From Camelus ferus (Eukaryota), in assembly GCF_009834535.1 (NCBI RefSeq), contig NC_045696.1, forward strand, positions 25,546,001-25,610,000: DNA of 64,000 nt, given 5' to 3'. The notes under the pieces are model-generated. The model saw only the letters and a list, made by a program, of their open reading frames with translations. It ran no database searches and had not been told where the DNA came from. The position numbers were made by a program, and so were the translations under genes. This document shows, in pieces, positions 27,501 to 41,322 of the stretch (positions are counted from its first letter, which is position 1; each line of letters begins with the position of its first letter).

Positions 27501-29143
27501 AGCTGGAACTAAGTGAAACTAACTGTTTCCTAGTAACTAGCATATCTGGTTGTGCCCTATGACATAGGTGGTTCCAAAAAATCACTTGGGTGAAGAAAGG
27601 GTTGACGTTAAGTTCACCCAAAATCCACACTGTCTTTCTCTAGAACCACCTAAATATAGTAACAAATTTTTTGTATTATGCACAGCTGATATTCTCAGTC
27701 TTTGGTAAAGTGTGAAAAGATATACCTTCCCAGAATAGTTATGTTATTACCAAGCATAATCATTAAGTAAAAATAGCACGCTTGTATCTATAAAAGTGGA
27801 CCCTCGAGACAAATTGTACAATGCCCCTTCCAAGCAGACTACCAACCTGTTCTGAAAATTCTGAAAGTTGACATTGTCATGATAACAGTCTTGATATGCC
27901 CCCGTCTTGTGTTTTCTCATCTTTCTCCAGCTCTTTTTGACAGAATCAGGTGGCACCAATTCCCTGAGCACCTGAGCAGTTGTGTTTCTGCCTCTGCCTC
28001 CTCTCTTGGCTGACGTTCCTTTGTACCCTTCACTTCCTCTAGTACCAGAGAGAGACTTTGACCCAAGCCACCTGAATAGTACACAGAGAAGTTGACAAAG
28101 AGGAGAAAGTTGGAGGTGCTGGTTAAAAATGACTTCTTCAGGTATAAGAGAAACACCTTTAAAAAAATAACTTTAGAAAAGTCACACAAAATCTGAGAGC
28201 AAGGAGACGATCTATGGCTAAATCTTGCTCTCTATTACAGATTCCTTAAACCATATTTATTCTAAAGCCTAATCCTAAAATTAAGTATTGTGACTTCTTA
28301 CATCAAGAGACAAATGAGAAACCTATAAATCTAGAACACATTTTTAAGGTAGGTACTTAAATTCAATGCTGAATTTAAATGAAAAAAACTGCAATCTAGA
28401 GAATGTGTGTATGTATGTGTGTCTGTAAATGCATAAATTTAGCTGGAACTTTCAGCAGTTAGTGATTTCTCTTCTAACTGTAATATCTAATCTTTTTAAT
28501 TTCCAGAATTGCTGGAAAATAATGTAAAATAATCAATATAATTGGCTAAAATTATAATAAATGTTATTATTCTTGAAGAAAATAGTACATCTAGTTTCAA
28601 TTTCACTCAATGGAATACTGTTAGTTATTAAGATGATTATCTTTCAGAATCCAAGTAGCAAAACAGTAGTTTATATAATAATGCTCAGCTTAGGACAGAA
28701 ACAAACCACAAATTTTAGGGGAAAAGTCTTGTTATATTTTGTTGGTATTAAAATACACAAGCCTCTGGTAAAGATTTTCTTGTTTGGACAATAGCAACAG
28801 AGTGCCCAATTTCTAGCTTATGGGGGAAAAGAGCAAATGTTTTAAATTCCAAGGGCATAAGGCAAGACAGGGATTCAGTGTTTGAGGTAGATCCAAAGCA
28901 ATGCTATTCAAGGTCTTAATGTGAGTGCTAGAGAAGCAGAAAACAAGCCCCCATTGTAAACATAAGACAAGATAATAAACCCGAATCCCACTGAATTCAG
29001 GTGGAGGTTAGGATAGAAAAGGGAAACACAGTCCTGTGCACAGATCTGGAGCATAGCTGAGGTGTCCGGAGTCTCTTCTTACTGGCTGCTGGCTACATGG
29101 CGTTTGGAAACCCCAATCATTGCTCATGCTGCTTCTCAGTTCA

Positions 29144-29472
29144 TGCTGTGCACTGGAAGTTTGTGTCCCTTCAAAATCCGCAAGTTGAAACCTAACGCCC
29201 AGTGTGACGGTATTAGGAGAGGGGCTCTTTGGAAAGTGGAGCACTCATGACTGGGATTAATGCTCTTATAAAAGAGATGCCACGGAGCTCCCTCGCCCCT
29301 TCTGCTGCAGGTTACAGCAATGAGATGGTCACCCAGGAACCAGGTCCTCGCCAGACACTGAATCTGCAAGCTTGGTCTTCCCAGCTTCCAGAACTGTGAG
29401 AAAGAAACATTTTTTTTTATAAGATACCCAGTTTCTGGTATTTTGTTATAGCAGCTCTAATAGACTAAGACA
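29144..29472 (+). mobile_element. MaLR solo LTR, MLT1A-like
   Basis: TGCTGTG...GTGTCCCTTCAAAAT...GGGATTAATGCTCTTATAAAAGAG...CTTCCCAGCTTCCAGAACTGTGAGAAA...TTTGTTATAGCAGC...ACTAAGACA. Confidence 0.88.
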
Positions 29473-29566
29473 ATTGATGTGTAGTCTCACCTCAGTAGTC
29501 CACCCACGGGGAGCTAATGAATCACTCCACTGTCAGATCATGAGTTAGACACTCTTCTTTCTACAA

Positions 29567-29615
29567 TGTGTGTGTGTGTGTGTGTGTGTGCGTGTGCACG
29601 CACGTGTGCATGTGC
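29567..29615. repeat. (TG)n microsatellite extending into an alternating purine-pyrimidine tract
   Basis: About 12 TG units followed by CGTGTGCACGCACGTGTGCATGTGC. Confidence 0.9.
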
Positions 29616-31732
29616 TTGTATAAAGATGTTAGAGGTGAGAAAGAACTGTCAGCCAATCAGCCAGCTATGAGAGAAAGAATTTTCAGTCTCTCTACACTAC
29701 TAAGGTTTGGACAAAAATATTGAGGGATTGCTTGAGCAAATGTCAAGTTATATAGTTATATAGAAATGGTTTAGTAAATGACTTCACAAAAAAATTTTGT
29801 TGTTCATTCATTCATTCATTCATTCGTTTGATACATTTTAATCATGACAGTCTCTGTGAGATGTCAACATACCCCCTTTCTCTGCCCTAGAAATTGTAAT
29901 CATTCAACAGCCTAAGCAAAGAATTGTAGTTGTGGGACTGTGAGCTATAAACATGAATTGTCACTAAATTGCAGTGACATTGGAGAAGTCACTTAAACTC
30001 AGTAAAATTCTGTAATGTCCTCATCTGTGAATGAGACTATCTGTAAGTCCTGGTTGAGCACTTGGCAAATAGACCTTGGGAAGGAAATGATAGATTCAGT
30101 TCCTTTGTCACTGTTGAGCTGTCACATATCGTGCTTGCATTTGTGCATTAGCCTGTTCAAGTACATCTAGGAACTGCCTCAGGCCTTACCTGTTAATTCA
30201 TTTCTCTGGCATTTAGGGCTACCTGAGTTTAATAGATGGTGACTGAAAACGGCTGCATCACTGTAAGATAAGTTAGAGCAGAATCCTTACCAAATGCCAT
30301 AGGATCAGGAAATACAATTTGAAAATAATAGCAAATCTTCAAAATAAATGAAAATTAGAAGCTGGAAATAATATACCACGAAGAGAGTCATACTTCACCA
30401 TGATGAGTATCACTATCTACAGGATTCAGATCATTCAGAGACCATTTTAGCTTACACAGCACATAATTAGAAATAAAATCACAGAGTAGATTTTTCATGG
30501 AATATAGTTCAACATACATTAATATGTACTAAAAAATGTGTCCAGTAAAGTCATACACATGTGGATGTCTAATTTTTGTAGGTAAAAATTAACTGACATA
30601 TTTGAATGATTCATCTCTTCATCTATTATGCTAAATTGCTAGAAAAGCCATTGCTGTCATGATAACAACACAATGAAAAATGTGTTAATCAAATCTCTAG
30701 TTGAATAGGTTGTGGGAAATACATTATTATTCAGCTTGCTGAAAGGACAGAGCAAAATGCATTATAGCATTGTGCCTTTCAGATGACTGTTACTTGCTTA
30801 GGCCATGGGGTATGATGGCGCAAGGTGTTTACAAGATTACTGTAACTTTAATTTTAATGTATACTTTTCAACGTAGGAATTGCAGTGAGGATTGCAATGG
30901 GGATTTAGCTTGAAACTAGTAAGAACAAAATATTTTAAATGTGTCAATACCAGTTACCAGTATTAACAGTATGTATTGTATCAAAATACAAAAGAAAGAT
31001 GATTTCTAAAACAGGCTACAAAATGCATAGCAATAAAAATAAATATTTCTTACTTGTTGATTGATCCTCCTGCCTCCGTATATGAAACCAGGCACACCAG
31101 TGCCTTAGAAGGCGCGTCTGGTAGTTTCAGAAGATCCTCAGATGGTGATATTTTTATGAATCTATTGTGAGTTAGGGCCAAAAGAGTTACTTTTGGTTTG
31201 GGGTAAAACAGCGGGGATAAAGAAGAGGGGAAAAGAAGATGAGGAACAAAATGATCTTAGAGAGTTTTGAAGGAACCCTTGTAGGACCGCTAACCAAGCA
31301 GGCTAAATGTGATGTGGGAACATGGCCTGACTGCAGCTCTGCAAATGCTTTACCAAGCACCTTCTCCTGGGTCCCTGTGAGTAGAGAAACAGTCTAGGCC
31401 AGGCCATGCCCTAATTAATTTGTTTAATCTGCACAACAGCTTCATGAGTTAGATACCAATATTATCGATAATTTACAGATGGGAAAGGAAGCAGGGAATG
31501 GTTAAGAAATTTGACCAAGGACAACAAGCTGGTGAGTGGCAGAGCTGGAATTTATGCCCACAGGCTTCGCCCATGTCCACTACGCTACACTCATCCCTCA
31601 CAGGCATTAATCAGAGTCATCACATATCTCAGAATGCCTGCAATTATGTATATTTGTGCAGAATATTGGCCTTACAAAATCATTTTCAAATAAAATTCAT
31701 TAATTAAAGAGATGATGTTGTGGAAAGAACAC

Positions 31733-32127
31733 AGTATTAGTTGCTAGGGCTACCATAACAGAATGTCACAAATTAGGTGGCTTCAACGACAAATTTTTTT
31801 CTCACCATTTTGGAGCCTAGAAGTCTAAGACCAGTATGTTTGGCAAGTGTGAGTTCTGCTGAGATCTCTCTCTTTAGCTTGCACAGGGCCTTGCTGTGTC
31901 CTCGCAGGGTCTCCCCTCTGGGTGCACCCATCCTTGGTATCTCTCTGTGTCCAAATCTCTTCTTATAAGGACACCAGCTAAATTGAATTAGAGCCCTCCT
32001 TAATAGCCTCATTTGAACTTAATCACTTCTTCAAAGGCCTTCTCTCCAAATACAGTCACATTCTGATGTACCAGGTGTTAGGGCGTCAACATAGGAATTT
32101 GGGGCAAACATTATTCAGTCCATAACA
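31733..32127 (-). mobile_element. MaLR solo LTR, MLT1B-like, inserted into a MIR
   Basis: GTATTAGTTGCTAGGGCTACCATAACA...TCTTATAAGGACACCAG...TCTCCAAATACAGTCACATTCTGA...TTCAGTCCATAACA. GAACAC is repeated on both sides (31727-31732, 32128-32133), and MIR 5' sequence continues across the insertion. Confidence 0.9.
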
Positions 32128-35100
32128 GAACACTAAACTCAGGGTTGTGACTGGAGTTCTTATTCTGGTTTGGCTGCTGTCTGACGGTGGGTAAGTCAAG
32201 CCCTTCTGTGGGAGGGCATCTGCTAAACCCTGTAGCTGCCTGGCTCTTGGCTTTCTCGGTGTGTCTTTAGCTTCTCTATTTCTGTGAACTGCACTATCAT
32301 CTTCATACATACATAAGTTGGGTTGATTGTTGGTTTTTTTTGGTTTTTTTTTTTTTGGCCTAAGTTAGCTAGAATTTTTATAGAATATAATTCAAGACTT
32401 CTAAATAGGATGTTTGCTTTTGTTCATGACTCTGCTGGGCCTTTGGCATACTCTGGTCTAAGTTTTAAGACGGGGCTAATAATGCCTGTATTATAGGGCT
32501 ACCTTGTGAATTGAATGATGTTGTATACAAAGGGCCAGGTACAGTGTCTGTGACGTAGAAGCGACTTAGCTGTTGCTCATCTTTTTCTCACTCTTCAGCC
32601 CAACCAGCTTGCAGGCTTACTCTTCGCTTACCTTTGACCTTCCCACATCTACCCCCAATATTTATCTCATATATTCTTGACCAGTCATCATAAAAGTTAC
32701 ACACGTTGGCATCTGTTTTCAGTAGGATTGAAGTTTTTAAAAATTAAGATCTAAGTGCATGGAGATAGTTCCTTGCAAGTTCATAAGCAAAGGGATACAT
32801 AATTCAACTTGGCTTCCAACATACTGAAATTTTAAGATTTAACGGAATTGTCTGTTGTGTCCAGGCTCCAAGCTTGTATAGACCACTGACTCTGGCTTAG
32901 AAAAATTCTGTTACAGAGCTTCAGAGGCAAAGGCTCTGGACCTCTCTGGATCACACCAAAGGTGGGCAGTTAGCAGCCTACTCTAATTCTGATTCTGCTA
33001 ACAACCTACATTATGTTTTAAACATTATGTTTTTATGTTGATGATTTAGAGGAGATATATTTGAGACTTAATTATCTACTTTATTATTTGAACATATTTC
33101 ATAAAATTAATAGTCACATAACACTTGTTTACAACAAAGGATAACTATCATTTCATGTATTTGTTTTTGTCATTTATCCTCATTTTTCCTACTAAAATTA
33201 GAAATATTGTATTAGTTCCAAAGAAGTTATGACACTGAAATACAAGGAAAATTTACAGGTGTTATTCCCAGATATAGGAGAGGCATGTAGTTTGAATCTT
33301 TTTTGGCATAAAAGTAGTGATAACAATATGTTATTGATATTATATCCTGGTAAATAATATTAGCATCTGCTTGTTATATTTTGTTCTTTAAGCCACCAGT
33401 AGAGTAAGCTGCAGTTAGTGAGATGGAGCAGTGTTATGGGCCCAGAATGTTCCCTGAATTGAAGAGCACATATTCAAGAGGAGCTCACAGAACCGCAGCG
33501 TGGAAACAGGGCTTTTCCAGGAAGATGGGCTCCACTGTCAGCCAGGAGCCCTGTCACTGTGAGTCTCCAGTCACGACTTCAGACAGCAGTCTAAATTGAC
33601 CTGAATCCAGAAACCCAGATCCAAAGACAAACAGGGGCCAAAGAAGAGATTATACAGACAAGACATTGGAGGCTACTCTGAGTCAGACAGTGTGTCTGGG
33701 CAGAGTTCTGACCAGTCCCTCGTCCAAGTTAGAACTGGTTCAGAAAGGCAGCTTGCAGGCAAACAGGTCCCTGGGTACTAGAGGTGACCTTGGAGTTGTT
33801 CAGGCTCTGTGTTGTTTGCAGGGAGCGCAAACAGCAACAGATTTAGTAAGTGCCAGAAGCAAGAGATTCAGGTTGCCTCCAGGTAGGATGACTTAAGATC
33901 TGCAGAAGTCTTGTACCAAGGTAGTGCTGGCATCAGCCAGACTTGGGGAAGACGGACGAGGCAGGAGGGATAGAACAACGACAGGCTGATACTGGGAGAA
34001 ACAGCAGCAGTGACATCAAAGAGGGTGAGCCCTGGTGATATCCAGGGGAGATCTGAGACTCAGTGAGCAGGTATGGCCAAGACATAGACAAAATGCCTTG
34101 GCAATACTGTGAGATGAATGGGGAGTTCTAGAGCATACATGGCTATTTCAGCCTTCAAGGCCATTTTGGGGAGCCAGGCAGAAGTTCTATATGACGTGCT
34201 CACCACAGGGGCAGCAGCGATGGCACAGGGAGGAGCCCAGAGTGGCTGCAATCCCGGAGGTGACCGGCAGGAGGAAGCCTCTAGCAAGGGATAAACCTTG
34301 GGGTTTGACCATCTCTAGGACCCTCAAACCTGAGCTAAACAGACCTGAGTTTAGAGGACAGAAGGGAACTTGCATGTTTATACTCTATGAAAATGGAACC
34401 CTTTCAAAGACTTTGTGAACCTGCATTTCTTTTTTCTTTATAGAGCCCTAGAAAGGAAACCACATAACAAAATATTTGGGGAAACACCTGAGTATATGCC
34501 ACTAAGGGATTGGGGATAGGAGAGGAAGCATATGGGGACAGGGAAGGAGGAGAAGTGGAGAGACAGACTTTGCTTTAAAAATTTGTAATTTCAGTACAGT
34601 TTTTTTCCACATGTATGTATTCATTTAATTTTTTAAAATAACAATTTGAAAATTTAATTTGAAAAATAACAATCTAATCTTCTATGCACACACACTATCT
34701 TGCATAACTCAGTGAAACATGAGCTTTTCAAATGCTAAAGAAGAACCATTGAGTGATAGATAGAAAATATTTTGGTTATAAACTATACTACATATTAACA
34801 TGGTTTTAGAAAGCCTTCTGTATTATCTTCTAGCTTAAGGCTAAACTAGAAAAGGCTAAGCTCTTACCCTGGTAAAATTCACTGATGCTAAAATCACAAA
34901 ACATGTGATTTATAAGCAAGCAGATTTATGTAGAATTTATAGCAAGGTTTCTTGATGAGCTACTGAGTATTTGTATAATATTTTGGAGATATAGTTATTT
35001 TTGTAAAATATATAATTTACTTAGTGCTGACAGTTTACATCTCCTTATAATATTAAGTGGCATAACAAGATTACCTTTTGTTTAAAAAATGGCCAGGAGT

Positions 35101-36559
35101 GTTTGGAAGCTTTTATTTATTTTCAGGAGTGTTTGGAAGCTTGGAGACATTGTTATGTAGATTTGATCCAGTCTTAAGTTTTCAACTTTGTTCAATAAAT
35201 CTTGCCTAAGTAACCTTCTGACATTTTTATCCAGTTATGGGAGGCCCCCACATGAATGCATTTGAATGCCTTTGTGACTGTGTGAAATGAATCACTAATG
35301 ATTCATGAAGGAGACAGTCCTATCATTAGCCTTGATAAGATGGTGATTTGATTATCTGAGGGGCCTGTTGCTCATTCCATTTGTGAATATTAATATTTAA
35401 AATATTGAAAGGGAAAAATAATTCCAAAGAAAGAATTGGTCAATATTTCAAAAGAATGTGTTACTTCACAATTCATGTTAACTCTAGCTCCAGAATACCA
35501 ATTAGGCTTGAATAAAATATTTAAATCAAATTTGTGTCAATTTTATCTCCAATTATGAGATAAGATTATTATTTGTTAGAAAAAATTAAATCATTGGTTA
35601 AAAAGTGTTTGTTGACATTCTAGGAAATAGCATGGAGTGTTTAGAATCATCCATCCCAGTTATAATGTTGCTATATTTAAGGAAATCCAAAATGATAAAG
35701 ATGAGTTTTTCTTTAGCTTATTACCAGCCTAAAGACTTTTTCTGTCTACTATCATCTTTTAATATATATTAGGCTGGGTTTTTATTCTGACTCTCTAAAA
35801 AATAATAACTTATGATTAGTTTTGTTCATTTTTGTATTTCAGTTTCAAGATACGGCTAACTCCTTAATTTCCTTTCTTTAGACTTGCACATAGATACTAA
35901 TCAATAGTGTTTATTCTCACAATCACTCCTCAAATTATCAAGCATTACAGAATGGTGCCAATAATACACTGTATTGGGTCCCTCCCTTTTCATCTTGTCT
36001 TCATTGTTTTAAGACATCAGCGCTTCTACACGTCTACTATTCAAAGGATACCAACTATCCAGGAATTCCTCATGGATTCACATGCAGGCTGCAGCATTAC
36101 TCATTTATACCATATTGGATTTCGCAAAGGTATCCCACTTTATGTAAAACTAACATACATATGTGCAAACTTAGAAAGCAAATTATTAGTATGACATGAT
36201 GAGAAGCTTTTAATTACACAGGTATTATTCACAGAAGATCTACATTTTCACTTCTAATTTCCATAACAGACCTCCAAGGTATGTACTGTTTTGTCAAATT
36301 TAAGGGGAAACAAAGTTCAGGGAGAATCGTGCAGGGGTGGGCAGAGGTAGAGAATGAGCAGCAAAGTCATGAGTCATCTAACTCCAACCCAAAAGCTCTT
36401 CTGCTGACACTCATACTGAGGCCAACAGGTTTAGAGCCTGCTTTTTGTCTACCAACACAGTACCTAAATTAAACAAAAGAGAAAATTTCCCTGCACAGTT
36501 TAAAGCTTCTAAGAAAATCAGTTCACGAAAGTGAAAACAGCTAGTACGTTCGTAGTAAA

Positions 36560-38097
36560 GAGCTAAACTAACTAACCTTGGATGGCAGTATATTTTGGCT
36601 GGATATTGTAAAGCTAAAGACTAAGGAACTATATACAAATACCATACTCTAGAAAGCAAATCTGTTTCTCACAGGACATGAGTTAGCAAATCTGTAGTTA
36701 CCTAATGTTTAGCAATTTTGTAACTACAGTATACAGTCTGTAGCTAGAATTGAATAAATAAGTGACCATATTGTGCATGGTTAGAGTTGGGATTTTTCAC
36801 TGTCACAGAAAGAGGTTGCCAATAAGGAAAGAGAGAAGGCTAGAATGAACCTTGTGGTGTCAAATTAGAATCAAATCTATCAGTCTGATTTTTACTATAT
36901 AAACATGTAGACTTCAAAATAAATACAAATGTCTATGTATGTGCGAGTATGTTGACTGAGATTGCTCAGAAGCAGTCATGCTCTAGTAGCAATGGACATA
37001 CCTAACACCCTAATCTTGCTTTCTAAATGTTACTCTCCAGTAAAAGGAACCCGGGAGCCTTAGATTAGTGATTGAGTCTAGGGTTGGGACAGAAAAATAC
37101 AAAATGAGTTTGGAACATCTTGTAGTGCCAGAAAATAAGCAAATGCTAAAAAAAAATATCAGCACATGTCAAAGGATGGAAGAACCAAGCTGAAGGAGGT
37201 TCCAATCACCACAGCCAAGACAATTTGAGGGGCAATGTAAATACTGATATATTGAATATCCACAGGCCTAAGTTAATAATTGAAAAATATATAAATGCAC
37301 AATAGACAATGCTTCCTTATAAAATATTCCAATTAATAAATATAGAATACTCAAAGCAAATTCAAAGTCACCGTTAGATAAAAACCACAATAAGAACTAT
37401 TGCAGGCAAAATTCACTGATAAATGATAAAATCAGTAGGTGAAACTTTGAAAAGAAACAGGATATTTGCATAGTTTCAACATACTCCCCCATAAAGATAT
37501 TTATCTATCACAAAGTGAATAGTAATAGCCTTATAGGGGGAATCTCAGCAGTCATCACCTTAACCAAGTGGTCAAGGTTAGCATGAATACTAATGAGAAA
37601 TGGTGGCATCGTGTACCTCCGGTAAGGACCACAGAGAAGGACACAATATCATCTCTGTGGTGTTCTTACCAAAAATGCATAAACTCAGTATGATCATTAG
37701 AAGATATCAGATTAAAGTGAAATTAAACTATCATCCTTGGAATGATAACCCAACTCTCATCAAAAGGGCCAAGGCATGAAATTCAGAGGACTAAGGAAAT
37801 ACCTTAGATTAGAGGAAGATTAAAGAGATATATGAATAACATGCAATGTAGGATCCTGCGTTTAAGACTAGAAAAGGAAAAAAAAAAGAGGGAAAAAACA
37901 AGTGATTGTCTAATGAGGTCTCTAATTTAACTAATGGCATTATGGTAATTTTAACTTTCTGGCTTTGAGAACTATACTATGGCTAGAAGACTTTTTAACA
38001 TTACAGGAAGCTGATGTACGGTTATGTGAACTCTCTGTACATTTGTGTAAGTTTTTCTAAAGTCTAAAATTATTTCCAAATTGAAAGCTTAAAAAAT
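36560..38097 (+). mobile_element. Old LINE-1 3' UTR, L1MC/L1MD-like
   Basis: CTCCAGTAAAAGGAACC...GGAACATCTTGTAGTGCCAGAAAATAAG...CACCTTAACCAAGTGGTCAAGGTTA...AACTCTCTGTAC...AAGTCTAAAATTATTTCCAAA, then an A-rich end. Confidence 0.8.
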
Positions 38098-40464
38098 TTG
38101 TTTTATTACTCTAACAACACTACAAGAAAGGTATTATTAATACCCTCCTTTTACACAGGAAGAAACTGAAGAATAGAGAGATGAACAAACTTGCCCCAAA
38201 TCCTCAAGTTAAAAAAATGCAGGGCCAGGTCTCATGTTCAAAATCTTAACCACTATGACTTTATGTGGTCTGAGGCTCAGCTAATTCAGAAATATTTACA
38301 CTTGCTCTTAATTCTGCTTTGACATTTGTTAGGGTGCTACAACATTACATAAAACATAACCCTGGAAAAAGAAAATCCATTTTACAATGTTCAGTAGTAG
38401 TTGTGGAAGAAAATTTCATTCTCTTGTGGTGATTTTCATTTTCAACCAAATGTCAAACAATGAACTATTAGGTGAGATCTTACAGAATAACTAAATGAGA
38501 ATATTGGCATTCAAAGACGAAAATGCATCCATAAGGCTTTTATGCCTCATTACTTTAAATAATCATTAATAATGAAATATATAATGACAGACAGTTACTA
38601 ATGCAATGAAGTTGCTAAAATGAGATGAAAATTTGCAAATAATGTATTTTATTACATTCAAAAAGGGCTTTCGGTAGCGATACTGTGGTTCTGAATTTGT
38701 TACAGAGTATTAGTAGTTTAGGCTTCTGTATGAAAGAGGTCATTTTTATTATTGGAAAATAGTTTTTTAAACTACTAATTCTTTTGAGGAATGCTGGAAT
38801 CTTAAATACTTCACTCACATATGCTCGATAATCAGAAACAACCTAAGTAGGAACGATGTGGGAAAAAAAAAGTATTAGTGATGTTTTCTTCTGTTCAGTA
38901 TTATTTGTAATCAGAATGTGAAGTTGATAATGTATAAAAATTCAGCCAAAAGAAGCATGACTTTTTATTAAATTACAAACTGGATAAAAAAAGAATTATG
39001 TAAAAGAACACTATGGTACTTAAAAAATAAGATGGGATTTGAAGTAAATGAGAGAGGAATATCACCCATATTACAAATATTTAAACTGGAATGAAATAGG
39101 TAATTTTTTTTATAATGACATGATGTCCAAACAATTAAAATTAGTCTCATTCTGGAAGCATATATTTAATAATTATTTAATTTTCTGTGATATTTATAAA
39201 TCTATTAAGAAAACATTGAAGTAAAAAAATGTTATCTTAATACATACTGAAGTCAAACCAGGAAGAAGGTGGGTATACAAAAGTATTTTTGTATTATTAT
39301 TTTGTTTTCTTATAGCTTCATACATAATTTATGGCTACCCCTACTTTCTGCTCTTAAAAAACACTGTAGGAAAATACTGTCTGGATATAGTTAAGGCTTC
39401 CTGAAAAGTACTTGTAATGAAAGATTTTCCATTTAATGGTTAAAGAAAAAGTAAATAGAATTTATGTCTGTCCTGGGCCCAATTAAACTTCCATTCAAAC
39501 TTGTCCTGACCAGAAAATAAATTGCCTATGGATTCTGAATAAGGGTTTTTACACACTTGGTGGAAAAAAAAAAATCTGTGGAGAACTATGATTTATGAAA
39601 GTATTGATTTCTTTGTTAAATAATGAATTAGATGTCCTACCACAATATTATTTATCAAACTTTTTTGTCATATAATTAAATTGTCACATAATGGATTGTG
39701 CCCATATAGATTCATTAAACATTAAAAACTACATGTGACACTACCCACCTTACCTTGGCTAACGACACATTTCCTCTGTTCTTTCCCATTAAGGTCAATA
39801 ATGGCAGCCGCCATCCTTACTATGGAAGCTTGTAGCCCATGCTCACCGAGGCTGCCGAGGCACATTCCTTTGGCTTACACTGGAAAACCCTGAAACTATC
39901 CACATATCAAAAGCCAGTGGCACAAAAACCACTTAAGACAACCCGACAAACAAGGATAAGGGGGAATATTAGCTATAAACAAAATATCTTAGACATATTA
40001 AAATTGGGTTTTCATTTGACCAGCCCTACTTATCTTGATCACCCTTGATTTTTCCCTGAAAACTCTGCTACAGCCCTGTATTGCCTTGGGCCCTTTGGGT
40101 TTCTCTAAGTGTGTCTGTCCTTTCTGTATTATATCAACTACAGCCACCCACAAAGTGTCACCAGCTGCATAAATGCAGTTCTGCCTTTCCTGATCACTAA
40201 CCCACATTCCCACATGAACTCACCTCCCCCTAGGGCTAACCTGAAATCTTCACCATAATTAATACTTTTGGTAGCCACATTCATCTCCACCCCCTTCTAC
40301 CTCACAAATATAATGGATTCTTGTTTCTCTTCACTTTCCGTTCAAGAGCTGACACTGCTTTGGAACTGAATTCCTGTATCTTATATCCTATTAACCACAT
40401 CCACAGCTGTATTGGGGAGTTTGCATGGACCTGGAGATACTGGAGTAGTTAATAATATTAAAAG

Positions 40465-40720
40465 CTGGCTCAAATTGTGCACTTACTGTCTGTCAGGCAT
40501 TATGCTAAACATGTTACATATATTATTTTACTCAATTATTATCACAACCCTACAAAATGGGTACTCAGTACTTTCTTGTTTTATTTATGAGGAAACTGCA
40601 GATTAAAGAGATTTAATAATATTCCAAGGTCAGAGTCCCAGGAAATAACAGCAGCAATTGAGTCATCAAATACGTCTGACTTCAGAATCTATGTTCCAGG
40701 CTCTATGCACCATTGCTTCT
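40465..40720 (-). mobile_element. MIR SINE
   Basis: GCACTTACTGTCTGTCAGGCATTATGCTAAAC...ATGAGGAAACTGCAGATTAAAGAGATTTAATAATATTCCAAGGTCA. Confidence 0.8.
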
Positions 40721-41220
40721 CATTGAATAGGTGAAAATAAAAAACAAAGACCACAGGCAATTTTTTTTCTGAAATCTCTGTAATGAGTTGGTAATTTATT
40801 TTAAAATCCAATAGATGTTTAATCATGAATGATGTCTGATGCTATTTTAAAATCTAAAATCTGCCTCTTTTTATTAAAGAACATGAGAGATTTCAAACAG
40901 TTCATATTTTCCATCGTACTTCCCTTTTAGAATCCCAACCTTTTTATTATAGGTGAGTTGGAGACAGAAATAAGAACATTATCTTCGGAAGGACATAGAA
41001 TACAGGAACTTCAGCCTCTTAGTCCCAGCTGAAATTACAGCCCTCTTCTAAGAGCTCTTTTTTCAGATAACTCAAAAGATGTCTACGATAAAAAAGGCAC
41101 TTTGAAGAATTAAGAATGAGTGAGAAAGTCCTAACTTTTAAGAATTCTTTGATTCAGTGTGAAAATGGATATATGTGCTATAAGGAAGATAATATAAGAA
41201 CCCCTAGTCTAGTCAGCATG

Positions 41221-41322
41221 AGGGAGAGAGACAGAGAGAGAGAGAGAGAAAGGTAGAGGGATAGAGAGAGAGAGAGAGAGGAGACAGGACAGAGAAAGAG
41301 AGACAGAGACAAAGAGAGAAAG
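41221..41322. repeat. Imperfect (GA)n purine-rich simple repeat
   Basis: About 100 bp of GAGA/GACA units seen directly. Confidence 0.9.
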
